A program made the translations under genes and the position numbers. A model generated the notes under the pieces. It did not search any database. It was given only the letters and a program-made list of their open reading frames with translations, and was not told the origin of the DNA. From positions 1-33,485 of IMG/VR virus record IMGVR_UViG_3300020388_000007: a DNA stretch of 33,485 bases, one strand, 5' to 3'. Source of the stretch: a virus (lineage: Duplodnaviria > Caudoviricetes). Below, in pieces: positions 1-8,118 of this stretch (position 1 is its first letter; every line of letters begins with the position of its first letter).

Positions 1-77
1 ATCAGGAGGAATGGCATCTTCTACTGGAGGTACACCAAAAGCAATTAATGAAAATGCTAAAATAAAAAGAGCTGGAA
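1..77. repeat. Terminal direct repeat (copy 1); circular-assembly overlap
   Basis: Bases 1-77 are identical to 33409-33485, and the repeat lies inside a coding sequence. Confidence 0.95.
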
Positions 78-700
78 AAAAAGCTGATGAATCTGCTAGA
101 AGTGAATTAGGTATTACACAAACTAATAATGCAATTTTTGCTACTAATACTGATGGAGATCAAATGTATGGTAGCAAATATTCACAAGCTAGAAATAAAT
201 ATTTAGCATCACAAGGTCTTGGTACTTTTAACAAAGATACAGGATCTTTTACAGCTGGTGTACAAACAGATAAGGGATTAACATTTACAAATTTAACTAG
301 AGGTGCGTATGAAGAATCTAGAAGATATAGAATACCTTTATCAAAACAAATGTATGATTCACAACAAAAATTTAAAATGGGTTTAGCTGGTATAACAGCT
401 TTAGCTGGTGCTCCATTTATTCCATCAATATTATTATCTTCATCACAAACACCTTATACAGATTATGTAAATAGTACTTCTACAAGAGGATTTTATGATT
501 ATTCAGATAGTCCTGTTCCAGATAAAAATAAAACTGTCAATATGACACCAACAGAAGCTAATGAGTTTAATTCAATGACAGAAGCACAAAGAGAAGCAGA
601 AAGAAAAAGAAGAGCCGCTGCAAGTAGAACTGGAGAGTTAGCTGTTGGTAATAGATCATTATTTACAACTATTGCTAAAACTTTTGGTGGTCAAGGTTAA
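11..700 (+). CDS. Hypothetical protein upstream of portal; true start probably at 33389 across the circular junction (MGSNTSASGG-MASS...)
   Basis: 229-aa ORF with TAATG overlap to the portal gene. An in-frame ATG at 33389 overlaps the stop of 33177..33389 and adds 10 codons. Confidence 0.8.
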   Translation: MASSTGGTPKAINENAKIKRAGKKADESARSELGITQTNNAIFATNTDGDQMYGSKYSQARNKYLASQGLGTFNKDTGSFTAGVQTDKGLTFTNLTRGAYEESRRYRIPLSKQMYDSQQKFKMGLAGITALAGAPFIPSILLSSSQTPYTDYVNSTSTRGFYDYSDSPVPDKNKTVNMTPTEANEFNSMTEAQREAERKRRAAASRTGELAVGNRSLFTTIAKTFGGQG

Positions 701-2286
701 TGGAATATAATAATTATAGAACATCTGCAAACATGGCAGAAATGAGTCCTAAATTATTTCTTAAAAAATATTCATTAGCAGAAGATTTAAAATCAGTATG
801 GAGATCTAAGTTTGAAGAAGCATATGAATATACTATGCCAGGTAGAGAATCATTCTATGAAGAATCACCTGGACAAAAAAGAACAGATAGAATATTTGAT
901 GAAACAGCTGTAGTAGGTATTCAAGAATTTGCTAGTAGATTACAAGCAGCTATGATTCCTACTTTTGGTAGATGGATGCATTTAAAATCAGGTGTTGAAA
1001 TACCATTAGATTTATCACCAAGAATTGATAAAGAATTAGATGATATTACAAATTATATTTTTGAAATATTACACAATTCAAATTTTAACCAAGAAGTACA
1101 TGAATCATTTATGGACTGTGCTATTGGTACAGGATGTTTACTTGTAAACGAAGGACCATCTTCAAATCCAATAATTTTTAATTCAATACCTTTACCACAT
1201 ATCACATTAAATAGTGGACCTGATAATAGAATAGATTGTATTTATAGAAGAAGATTTATGCACATTAATGATATTAAAGTTTTATATCCAAAAGCAGAAT
1301 TAGATGAACAATTAATTTCTATAATGGCTAATCAACCAAATCAAAAAGTTTCTGTAATTGAAGGCACAATGAGAAATTACTCTGATCCTAATAAAGAAGT
1401 TTATGATTATATTGTATGTGTACAAGATTATGAAAAAATAATAGTACAAGATCAATTTGAAGGTGCTGGATCAAATCCATTTATTACATTTAGATGGAAC
1501 AAAGCTAGTGGTGAAGTTTATGGTAGAGGTCCAGTATTTAATGCTATGGCAGCTATTAAAACAACAAACCTTACAGTAGAGCTTATATTAGAAAATGCAC
1601 AAATGAATATATCTGGTATCTATCAATTAGAAGATGATGGAGTAATTAATACAGATAATATTGCATTAGTGCCTGGCACAATAATTCCAGTAGCTCCTGG
1701 ATCTAGAGGATTACAACCTATTAATGGTGCTGGTAGATTTGATGTAGCACAATTAGTGTTAGATGATATGAGAAACAATATTAGAAAAGCATTATATATG
1801 GATACACTTGGTCCAACAAAAGGTACACCAATGTCTGCTACTGAAGTTGCAGAAAGAATGGCAGATCTTTCAAGACAAATAGGATCATCATTTGGTAGAT
1901 TGCAATCAGAATTTATACAACCATTAGTTAAAAGAATTATTTACATTCTTAAAAAACAAGGAAAGATTACTATTCCAAGTTTAGATAACAAAGAAATTAA
2001 AATTATACCTGAATCACCTTTATCAAGAGCACAATTTGAACAGGATATAGCAGATATAAATAGATTTAATGCTACTATTGGTCAAACATTTGGACCACAA
2101 GTTTTAAACTTAATAGTTAAACAAGAAGAAGTAGCTAGATATTTAGCAGAAAAAATGAACTTACCTGAAAAGTTAATAAGAGATTCTGCTGAACAACAAC
2201 AAGTTGTACAACAAATGCAACAATTACAACAAATGCAATCACAAGGAGGACAAGGTGGCTTGGGAGCAGATACGGAACAAACCTGA
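700..2286 (+). CDS. Portal (head-to-tail connector) protein, T7 gp8/Bbp21-like
   Basis: 528 aa with motifs IFDETA, RWNKASGEVYGRGP and MSATEVAER...GRLQSEF typical of podovirus portals; Q-rich C-terminus; position between terminase and scaffold. Confidence 0.92.
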   Translation: MEYNNYRTSANMAEMSPKLFLKKYSLAEDLKSVWRSKFEEAYEYTMPGRESFYEESPGQKRTDRIFDETAVVGIQEFASRLQAAMIPTFGRWMHLKSGVEIPLDLSPRIDKELDDITNYIFEILHNSNFNQEVHESFMDCAIGTGCLLVNEGPSSNPIIFNSIPLPHITLNSGPDNRIDCIYRRRFMHINDIKVLYPKAELDEQLISIMANQPNQKVSVIEGTMRNYSDPNKEVYDYIVCVQDYEKIIVQDQFEGAGSNPFITFRWNKASGEVYGRGPVFNAMAAIKTTNLTVELILENAQMNISGIYQLEDDGVINTDNIALVPGTIIPVAPGSRGLQPINGAGRFDVAQLVLDDMRNNIRKALYMDTLGPTKGTPMSATEVAERMADLSRQIGSSFGRLQSEFIQPLVKRIIYILKKQGKITIPSLDNKEIKIIPESPLSRAQFEQDIADINRFNATIGQTFGPQVLNLIVKQEEVARYLAEKMNLPEKLIRDSAEQQQVVQQMQQLQQMQSQGGQGGLGADTEQT

Positions 2287-2530
2287 GGGTTATCATTATT
2301 CAATAGACGGATTCCAAAGATCTAAAGGAGCAGAGTTAGAATTAAATGCTGATATTGCTGCATTATTCAAAACAGATTTAGGAAAAAAGGTTTTAAATTA
2401 TTTAAAATCTATTACAGTAGATGCTGTAGCTGGTAGAGATGTATCAAATGACCAACTACGACATTTAGAGGGGATGAGATATTTGTATTTCATAATGAAA
2501 AAAAGAATAGAAGCACATAAGGAGAGTTAA
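2255..2530 (+). CDS. Small head-morphogenesis-associated protein (Bbp19-like)
   Basis: GTG at 2255 is preceded by SD AGGAGG (2244-2249). The LFKTDLGKKVLNYL...LEGMR pattern is typical of the small gene after podovirus portals. Confidence 0.7.
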   Translation: MAWEQIRNKPEGYHYSIDGFQRSKGAELELNADIAALFKTDLGKKVLNYLKSITVDAVAGRDVSNDQLRHLEGMRYLYFIMKKRIEAHKES

Positions 2531-3282
2531 TGTCAGAAGAAACAACACAAACTACAGAACCAACATCTGAAGCAGTAACAGCTACAGAACAAAAAGAAGA
2601 AATAACTAGACCAGAACATGTAGCCGAAAAGTTTTGGGATACAGATAGAAATGAAGTTAAGGTAGATGAACTAAGTGCATCATACAATGCTTTAGAAAAA
2701 AAGATTGGTATGAGAACAGATGAACTATCTAAACAAGTTAGAGAAGATTTAGAAAAAGAAAGAATAGGTAACGTACCAGAAGAATATGAAATAGTTATAC
2801 CTGAAGTACCTGAACATATAAATATTGAGGTAAACAAAGAACAAGAACTATTAAAAGAGTGGTCTAATATTTGCAAAGATAATGGATTATCACAAGATAT
2901 ATTTAATAGAGGTGTCAATGCTTTTGTTAATAATGAAATTGCTGGTTTACCAGATATGCAACAAGAAATGCAAAAGTTAGGTGATAATGCTAGTACTAGA
3001 GTAGAAGCAGCAGATTTATGGTCTAAAAAATATTTAACTCCAGAATCTTATGAAGTTGCCGCAAAAATAGCTAGTACAGCTGAAGGTGTAAAAGCATTAG
3101 AAGAAATAATGAATATAACCAAAACACAACCATTACCTAATTCAAATACAGTTGTAGATGCAGAACTAGAAGAAACAGATTTAAGATCAATGATGAATGA
3201 TCCTAGATACTTTGATCCATCACAAAGAGATCAAGCATACTATGACAAAGTAACTCGATTATATGAAAAGAAATATGGCTAA
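2530..3282 (+). CDS. Capsid assembly scaffolding protein
   Basis: Acidic 250 aa with RPEHVAEKFW...SYNALEKKIG and C-terminal MMNDPRYFD motifs; lies between portal and major capsid. Confidence 0.8.
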   Translation: MSEETTQTTEPTSEAVTATEQKEEITRPEHVAEKFWDTDRNEVKVDELSASYNALEKKIGMRTDELSKQVREDLEKERIGNVPEEYEIVIPEVPEHINIEVNKEQELLKEWSNICKDNGLSQDIFNRGVNAFVNNEIAGLPDMQQEMQKLGDNASTRVEAADLWSKKYLTPESYEVAAKIASTAEGVKALEEIMNITKTQPLPNSNTVVDAELEETDLRSMMNDPRYFDPSQRDQAYYDKVTRLYEKKYG

Positions 3283-3535
3283 GAATAAAGACTTTCCTTT
3301 TAAGAAATATATTTTTAAATGGGAAGATCCTACTGGTCATAGTGAATGGATGTCTAAAAATGACATGGATTCGGTCAAACCAGCTGTTATTACAACAGAA
3401 GCATATTTATACTCTAAAGATCAAAAGCATATAAAGACTTTTTCATCTTACATAGAAGAATCAGATGGTTCATTTACATTTGGGGATGTCAATGTTTTTA
3501 TTGCTTCTGGTCTTGTAAAGATGACAAAAATATAA
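3275..3535 (+). CDS. Hypothetical protein
   Basis: ORF with a FKWEDPTGHSEW motif; ATG 3275 overlaps the end of the scaffold gene. Confidence 0.7.
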   Translation: MAKNKDFPFKKYIFKWEDPTGHSEWMSKNDMDSVKPAVITTEAYLYSKDQKHIKTFSSYIEESDGSFTFGDVNVFIASGLVKMTKI

Positions 3536-3540
3536 TATAT
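3512..3540 (+). promoter_or_regulatory. Putative sigma70-type promoter for the capsid operon
   Basis: CTTGTA-N17-ATATAT resembles the alphaproteobacterial CTTGAC-N17-CTATAT consensus and lies just upstream of the structured capsid leader. Confidence 0.45.
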
Positions 3541-3549
3541 CTCAACTAA

Positions 3550-3613
3550 CAAGCCGAAATAGACTGGAATATGCCCAATAGGATAACATACCAAAGTTTA
3601 TAACGACAACTTG
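3550..3613 (+). promoter_or_regulatory. Structured 5' leader hairpin of the major capsid gene
   Basis: Nested pairings CAAG/CTTG, CG/CG, TAGACT/AGTTTA, GG/CC, TATG/CATA and CC-AATA-GG. Confidence 0.55.
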
Positions 3614-3648
3614 ATTATTAACTAACAATACTCGAAAGGAAACTTATT

Positions 3649-4488
3649 ATGAGTGCAACTATAGACCAAGCCTTTATAAAGCAGTTCGAAGCAGAAGTGC
3701 ATATGGCTTATCAAAGAATGGGCTCTAAGCTCAAGAATATGGTCCGTAATGTTAGCAACGTAAAAGGTAGTACTGTTCAGTTTCAAAAAGTAGCCAAGGG
3801 TTCTGCTTCAACAAAAGCAAGACATGCCGAAGTTGTCGCTATGAACTCTGTACACTCTAATGTAACTGCAACACTAAACGACTTTTACGCAGCAGACTAT
3901 GTGGACAAACTAGACGAACTAAAAGTAAACATTGATGAAAGAAACATTGTTGCTCAAAATGCAGCATATGCTCTTGGTAGAAAAACAGACAGTATCGTAA
4001 CAGATACTTTTGATGCTGGTGCTACAGCAGTAGCTCACAACGCAAACTCTGATTCTGCTGCTGGTATGTCTTTAATCAAAGCTAAGAAGATGTTTGAAAC
4101 ATTCCAAGAAAATGATGTTCCAGATGATGGACAAAGATATTGGGTTATTGGTGGAAATCAATGGTCAGATCTTTTATCCATAGATCAATTCTCAAGAGCT
4201 GAGTATATCGGTGAAGCTGATCTTCCATTTAAAGGTGGATTAACAGCTAAGAGATGGATTTCATTTATGTGGATGGCATTTAGTGGTTTATCAAAAGATG
4301 GTTCTAATGATAGACACACATTAGCATGGCATAAGTCATCAATGGGATTAGGCGTAGGTTCAGATGTAAGAACTGAAGTAAACTACATTCCTGAAAAGGT
4401 ATCACACCTAACTACATCTTACATGTCAATGGGTGCAGTACTTATTGATACTGATGGATGTAGAGTACAGAAATGTAGGGAGAGTTAA
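3649..4488 (+). CDS. Major capsid protein
   Basis: 279 aa; FIKQFEAEVHMAYQ...GSKL, YVDKLDELK, AAYALGRKTD and DVPDDGQRY motifs of the podovirus capsid family; SD AAGGA; terminator one gene downstream. Confidence 0.92.
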   Translation: MSATIDQAFIKQFEAEVHMAYQRMGSKLKNMVRNVSNVKGSTVQFQKVAKGSASTKARHAEVVAMNSVHSNVTATLNDFYAADYVDKLDELKVNIDERNIVAQNAAYALGRKTDSIVTDTFDAGATAVAHNANSDSAAGMSLIKAKKMFETFQENDVPDDGQRYWVIGGNQWSDLLSIDQFSRAEYIGEADLPFKGGLTAKRWISFMWMAFSGLSKDGSNDRHTLAWHKSSMGLGVGSDVRTEVNYIPEKVSHLTTSYMSMGAVLIDTDGCRVQKCRES

Positions 4489-4490
4489 TC

Positions 4491-4739
4491 ATGGCATACG
4501 CAACTTCAAATCCTATTAAGAAGATCTCTCAAATGGGAGATAGTAATTCTATGTGGTACTACTCTGATGGAGATGCCATAGGAACTATTGATGATGCAGA
4601 TTACTTTTTATCAGCAACAGGCGACCTGAACGCTGGTGATGTAATCATTGTAAACAGTGGTGGATCAAATGGTGTAGTAGATATTTTAATTGTATCAGCT
4701 GCAACATCCTCTACAGTAACAACTGCATTATTATCATAA
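4491..4739 (+). CDS. Probable capsid decoration / minor capsid protein
   Basis: 82 aa (WYYSDGD...YF...LNAGDVIIV) directly after the capsid gene and before the terminator; SD GGAG. Confidence 0.65.
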   Translation: MAYATSNPIKKISQMGDSNSMWYYSDGDAIGTIDDADYFLSATGDLNAGDVIIVNSGGSNGVVDILIVSAATSSTVTTALLS

Positions 4740-4746
4740 TCATATT

Positions 4747-4769
4747 GGGGGGTTAAATACCCCCCTTTT
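4747..4769 (+). terminator. Rho-independent terminator after capsid genes
   Basis: GGGGGGT-TAAAT-ACCCCCC stem-loop followed by TTTT. Confidence 0.8.
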
Positions 4770-4772
4770 ATA

Positions 4773-5369
4773 ATGGCAGATACAAAAGTAGATATATGTG
4801 CAAGAGCAATCATAATGATCGGAGCTTCTCCGATTTCTTCATTTGATGATGGTTCAACAGAAGCCTTAGTTGCTTCTAACATGTACGAAAACATACTGAA
4901 GTCTTGTTTATCAAGACACAGATGGAAGTTTGCTACAGAACAAAAACAACTTTCTTTATTAGCTGATGCACCTACAGGAAGATATGAATTTGCTTATCAG
5001 CTACCATCAAGTCCTGAACTATTAGTTTTAAATACAGTTACAGTAAATGATAATCCCATACAATATGCTAGGTATGGAGATAAGATTTTTTGTAATTCAT
5101 ATGGTTCTACTAATATATTAATAGCAGATTATATATTTAGACAAGATGAAGCTGAGTTTCCAGAATACTTTAAATTAAGTTTACAATATAAGTTAGCAGC
5201 AATATTTGCTGGATCAGTAGCAAGAGATGCTGCTATGATACAACAGTTTGAAACACTTGGTGAAAACCAAATGAGAATAGCAAAGAATATAGATAGTCAA
5301 GAAGTATCTAATAGTGTTTTAAATACAAAAAGGTTTATACAGGATAGATTGACAACTGGAGGGTACTAA
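4773..5369 (+). CDS. Tail tubular protein A (T7 gp11-like adaptor)
   Basis: 198 aa; DICARAIIMIGASPISS, HRWKFA and YAYQLP-like motifs; position after capsid. Confidence 0.85.
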   Translation: MADTKVDICARAIIMIGASPISSFDDGSTEALVASNMYENILKSCLSRHRWKFATEQKQLSLLADAPTGRYEFAYQLPSSPELLVLNTVTVNDNPIQYARYGDKIFCNSYGSTNILIADYIFRQDEAEFPEYFKLSLQYKLAAIFAGSVARDAAMIQQFETLGENQMRIAKNIDSQEVSNSVLNTKRFIQDRLTTGGY

Positions 5370-7564
5370 TGGCGAATGTCCTTAGAACTGTATATACTAA
5401 CTTTTCAAGTGGAGAGTTAAACCCTTTATTAGTAACAAGAACAGACGCATCTGCATATTTTAGTGGAGCAAAAACTTTACGAAATTGGTATTTATTAGAT
5501 GAGGGTGGTATTATGCGTAGACCAGGAACTACTTATAAAGCTACATTACCTGGATCTTCAAGAATTATTCCCTTTATATTTTCTAATGATGAAATGGCAA
5601 TATTTGCATTATCAGATGGTAGATTAGATGTTTTTGATAGTAATGGATCTACTATACAATCTAATATTACTTCTAATTGTAATTGGTCTACATCAGAATT
5701 ATTTGAACTTAACTATGCACAGTTTGGTGATACAGTATTTATAGTACATAGAAATAATCCAATAGTAAAAATAGTAAGAGCTTCTGCTTCTTCTTTTAGT
5801 GTTTCTTTATTTGCTTTTGAAGAAGATGAATCTGTATCAGTAAGTGGAGTAAATAAATCTACACAACCTTTTTATAAATATGCTGCTTCATCTATATCAG
5901 TTACTTTATCAGCTCATGCTACAGGAACTGGTAGAACATTAACTGCAAGTGCTGATGCTTTTACAAGTGCTTATATTGGACAATATTTATTAGTTAATAA
6001 TAAACAAGTAAAAGTAACAGGATTTACAAGTGCTACTGTAGTAACAGTTACAGTAATAGAAGATACAGTTAGTGCTGGTCCTCATTTTTTATGGGAAGAA
6101 CAATTAATTTCTTCTATTAGAGGTTTTCCCCAAGCAGTAACATTTCACGATAATAGATTATATTTTGCTGGTGTAAGAGATAAACCTGGATCTGTTATAG
6201 GTTCTAAAGTTGGAGAATATTTTAATTTTGAAATAGGTACAGGACAACCTGATGATGCTATAGATGTTACAGTTACTGGTGATAGAATAAATGAAATTAG
6301 ACATTTAGTTAGTTCAAGAAACTTACAATTATTTACTGATGGAGGTGAATATTTTGTTCCAACATCTTCAGATACTTCTGCTGTTACTCCATCTAATATA
6401 GTTTTTACTAGACAAACACCTTATGGATGCAATAGAGCAAAACCAGTAATATTTGATGGAGCTACTTTATATGCTCAAAAAAATGGTAGATCTATTAGAG
6501 AGTATTTATTTTCTGATGTTGAATCAGCTTATGCTTCTACTTCAATATCTATACTTGCTTCACAAGTTATTAATAACCCAGTAGATATGACAATGATTAC
6601 TGGTACATCTACAAGACCAGAACAATTTGCATTTTTTACTAATACAGATGGAACACTTGCATTATTTCATAGTGTTAGAGCAGAAAAAATAGCTGGTTGG
6701 ACATTATGGAGTACTAGAGCAAATGATAAATACAAAAGTATAACAGCACTTAATGAAAATTTATTTGTAGTTGTTGAAAGACAATTAGAAGGTAGCACAG
6801 TATATACCTTAGAAAAGTTTGCAGATGATGATTCATTAACATTAGATTGCTCTGGAATAACTACATTAAATCAACAAGGTGCACCTAAAGTTAATGGTGG
6901 TAGTCAATCAGGATCTAGCCTGAATGTAGATGGATATACATCTGCTCCTAATCCTAATGATATAATTACAATAGCTGGTAACAGTACAGAATATACTATT
7001 CAAACAGTTAATGCTACAGCTTCTGGTTTTACTTTGGTATTAAATCAGAACTTAGCAGCTACACCATCTGATAATGCAGTAATTACAATAGCTCAAGGAA
7101 GATTACATAATACTCCTACGCACTTGACATCTACTTCAGTATATGCTGTTGATGGTACAATGGCATTAGGAACATTTACTACATCAGGATCAGATACAAT
7201 AACATTAAATGAAGCTCATGCTGCTGGTGTTAAATTAGGATTTGATTATACACCAACACTTGAAACTATGCCTATAGATAAAGAAGTACAAAATGGTCCA
7301 TTAACAGGACAAATAAAAAGAATATCAAGAGCAGTTATTGATGTATCAGATGCTTTGAATGTTGCTTTACAGGCTTCAGATAAAACTGCAAAAAATTTAA
7401 TTATTAGACAAGTAGACTTTAATGTAAATCAATCAGTAAGTGCAGTATCTGGTAAAAAAGAATTTTTCTTTTTGGGATATGATAGAGAACCTACATTAAA
7501 AATAACACAAACAGAACCATTACCACTTAAAATATTAGGATTAGCATTGGAGGTTGTTTATTAA
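5369..7564 (+). CDS. Tail tubular protein B (T7 gp12-like nozzle)
   Basis: 731 aa; NFSSGELNP, GGIMRRPGT, FPQAVTFHDNRLYF and IAGW motifs. Confidence 0.88.
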   Translation: MANVLRTVYTNFSSGELNPLLVTRTDASAYFSGAKTLRNWYLLDEGGIMRRPGTTYKATLPGSSRIIPFIFSNDEMAIFALSDGRLDVFDSNGSTIQSNITSNCNWSTSELFELNYAQFGDTVFIVHRNNPIVKIVRASASSFSVSLFAFEEDESVSVSGVNKSTQPFYKYAASSISVTLSAHATGTGRTLTASADAFTSAYIGQYLLVNNKQVKVTGFTSATVVTVTVIEDTVSAGPHFLWEEQLISSIRGFPQAVTFHDNRLYFAGVRDKPGSVIGSKVGEYFNFEIGTGQPDDAIDVTVTGDRINEIRHLVSSRNLQLFTDGGEYFVPTSSDTSAVTPSNIVFTRQTPYGCNRAKPVIFDGATLYAQKNGRSIREYLFSDVESAYASTSISILASQVINNPVDMTMITGTSTRPEQFAFFTNTDGTLALFHSVRAEKIAGWTLWSTRANDKYKSITALNENLFVVVERQLEGSTVYTLEKFADDDSLTLDCSGITTLNQQGAPKVNGGSQSGSSLNVDGYTSAPNPNDIITIAGNSTEYTIQTVNATASGFTLVLNQNLAATPSDNAVITIAQGRLHNTPTHLTSTSVYAVDGTMALGTFTTSGSDTITLNEAHAAGVKLGFDYTPTLETMPIDKEVQNGPLTGQIKRISRAVIDVSDALNVALQASDKTAKNLIIRQVDFNVNQSVSAVSGKKEFFFLGYDREPTLKITQTEPLPLKILGLALEVVY

Positions 7565-8118
7565 TGGGTGGAATGAATCCAGCAACAATGTTTATGATTA
7601 CAGCTGGTGTAACAGCTGGTGCATCTTTATACCAAGGATATCAACAAAGACAGGCATTAGAAAGTGATATTGCAAGATATGAAGAAGAAAAAAAAGTTAC
7701 AGAACTTAGAGGGATACAAGAAGAAAATTTAAGAAGGCAACAAATGGAAATTACATTAGGTAATAATAAAGTTATTGCTGGAGCTGCTGGTATTTTAGAT
7801 GACAGTAGATCTTTTTTAACTATACAAAATGATGTTAGAAATTCTGCTATAGAAGATATTAGATCTCAAAAACTTAATACAAGAATAGCTTTATCTAAAT
7901 ACGATCAACAAATAATAAATTCTAAAATAGATATGCAATCAGCTACATTTGGTTCAATAGTTGATGCTGGAAGTTCAATATTAAATGGATGGACATATAT
8001 GAATTATTATAGAGGTCCTAGTAAAACTATAAGACCAGGTATGTCGCCTGGAGAATCAAGAGCAAGATTTGGTACAACTAATGCAGCTGGTATGTATAGT
8101 GGAGGTAACGAGTTTTAA
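7564..8118 (+). CDS. Internal virion protein (T7 gp14-like position)
   Basis: 184 aa with a Gly/Ala hydrophobic N-terminus and coiled coil; position after the nozzle gene. Confidence 0.6.
   Translation: MGGMNPATMFMITAGVTAGASLYQGYQQRQALESDIARYEEEKKVTELRGIQEENLRRQQMEITLGNNKVIAGAAGILDDSRSFLTIQNDVRNSAIEDIRSQKLNTRIALSKYDQQIINSKIDMQSATFGSIVDAGSSILNGWTYMNYYRGPSKTIRPGMSPGESRARFGTTNAAGMYSGGNEF

Noticed and set aside
2204-2254. ATG 2204 start with CNNYNK repeats
   Set aside because: It is an off-frame reading of the portal's Gln-rich tail; GTG 2255 has a strong SD.
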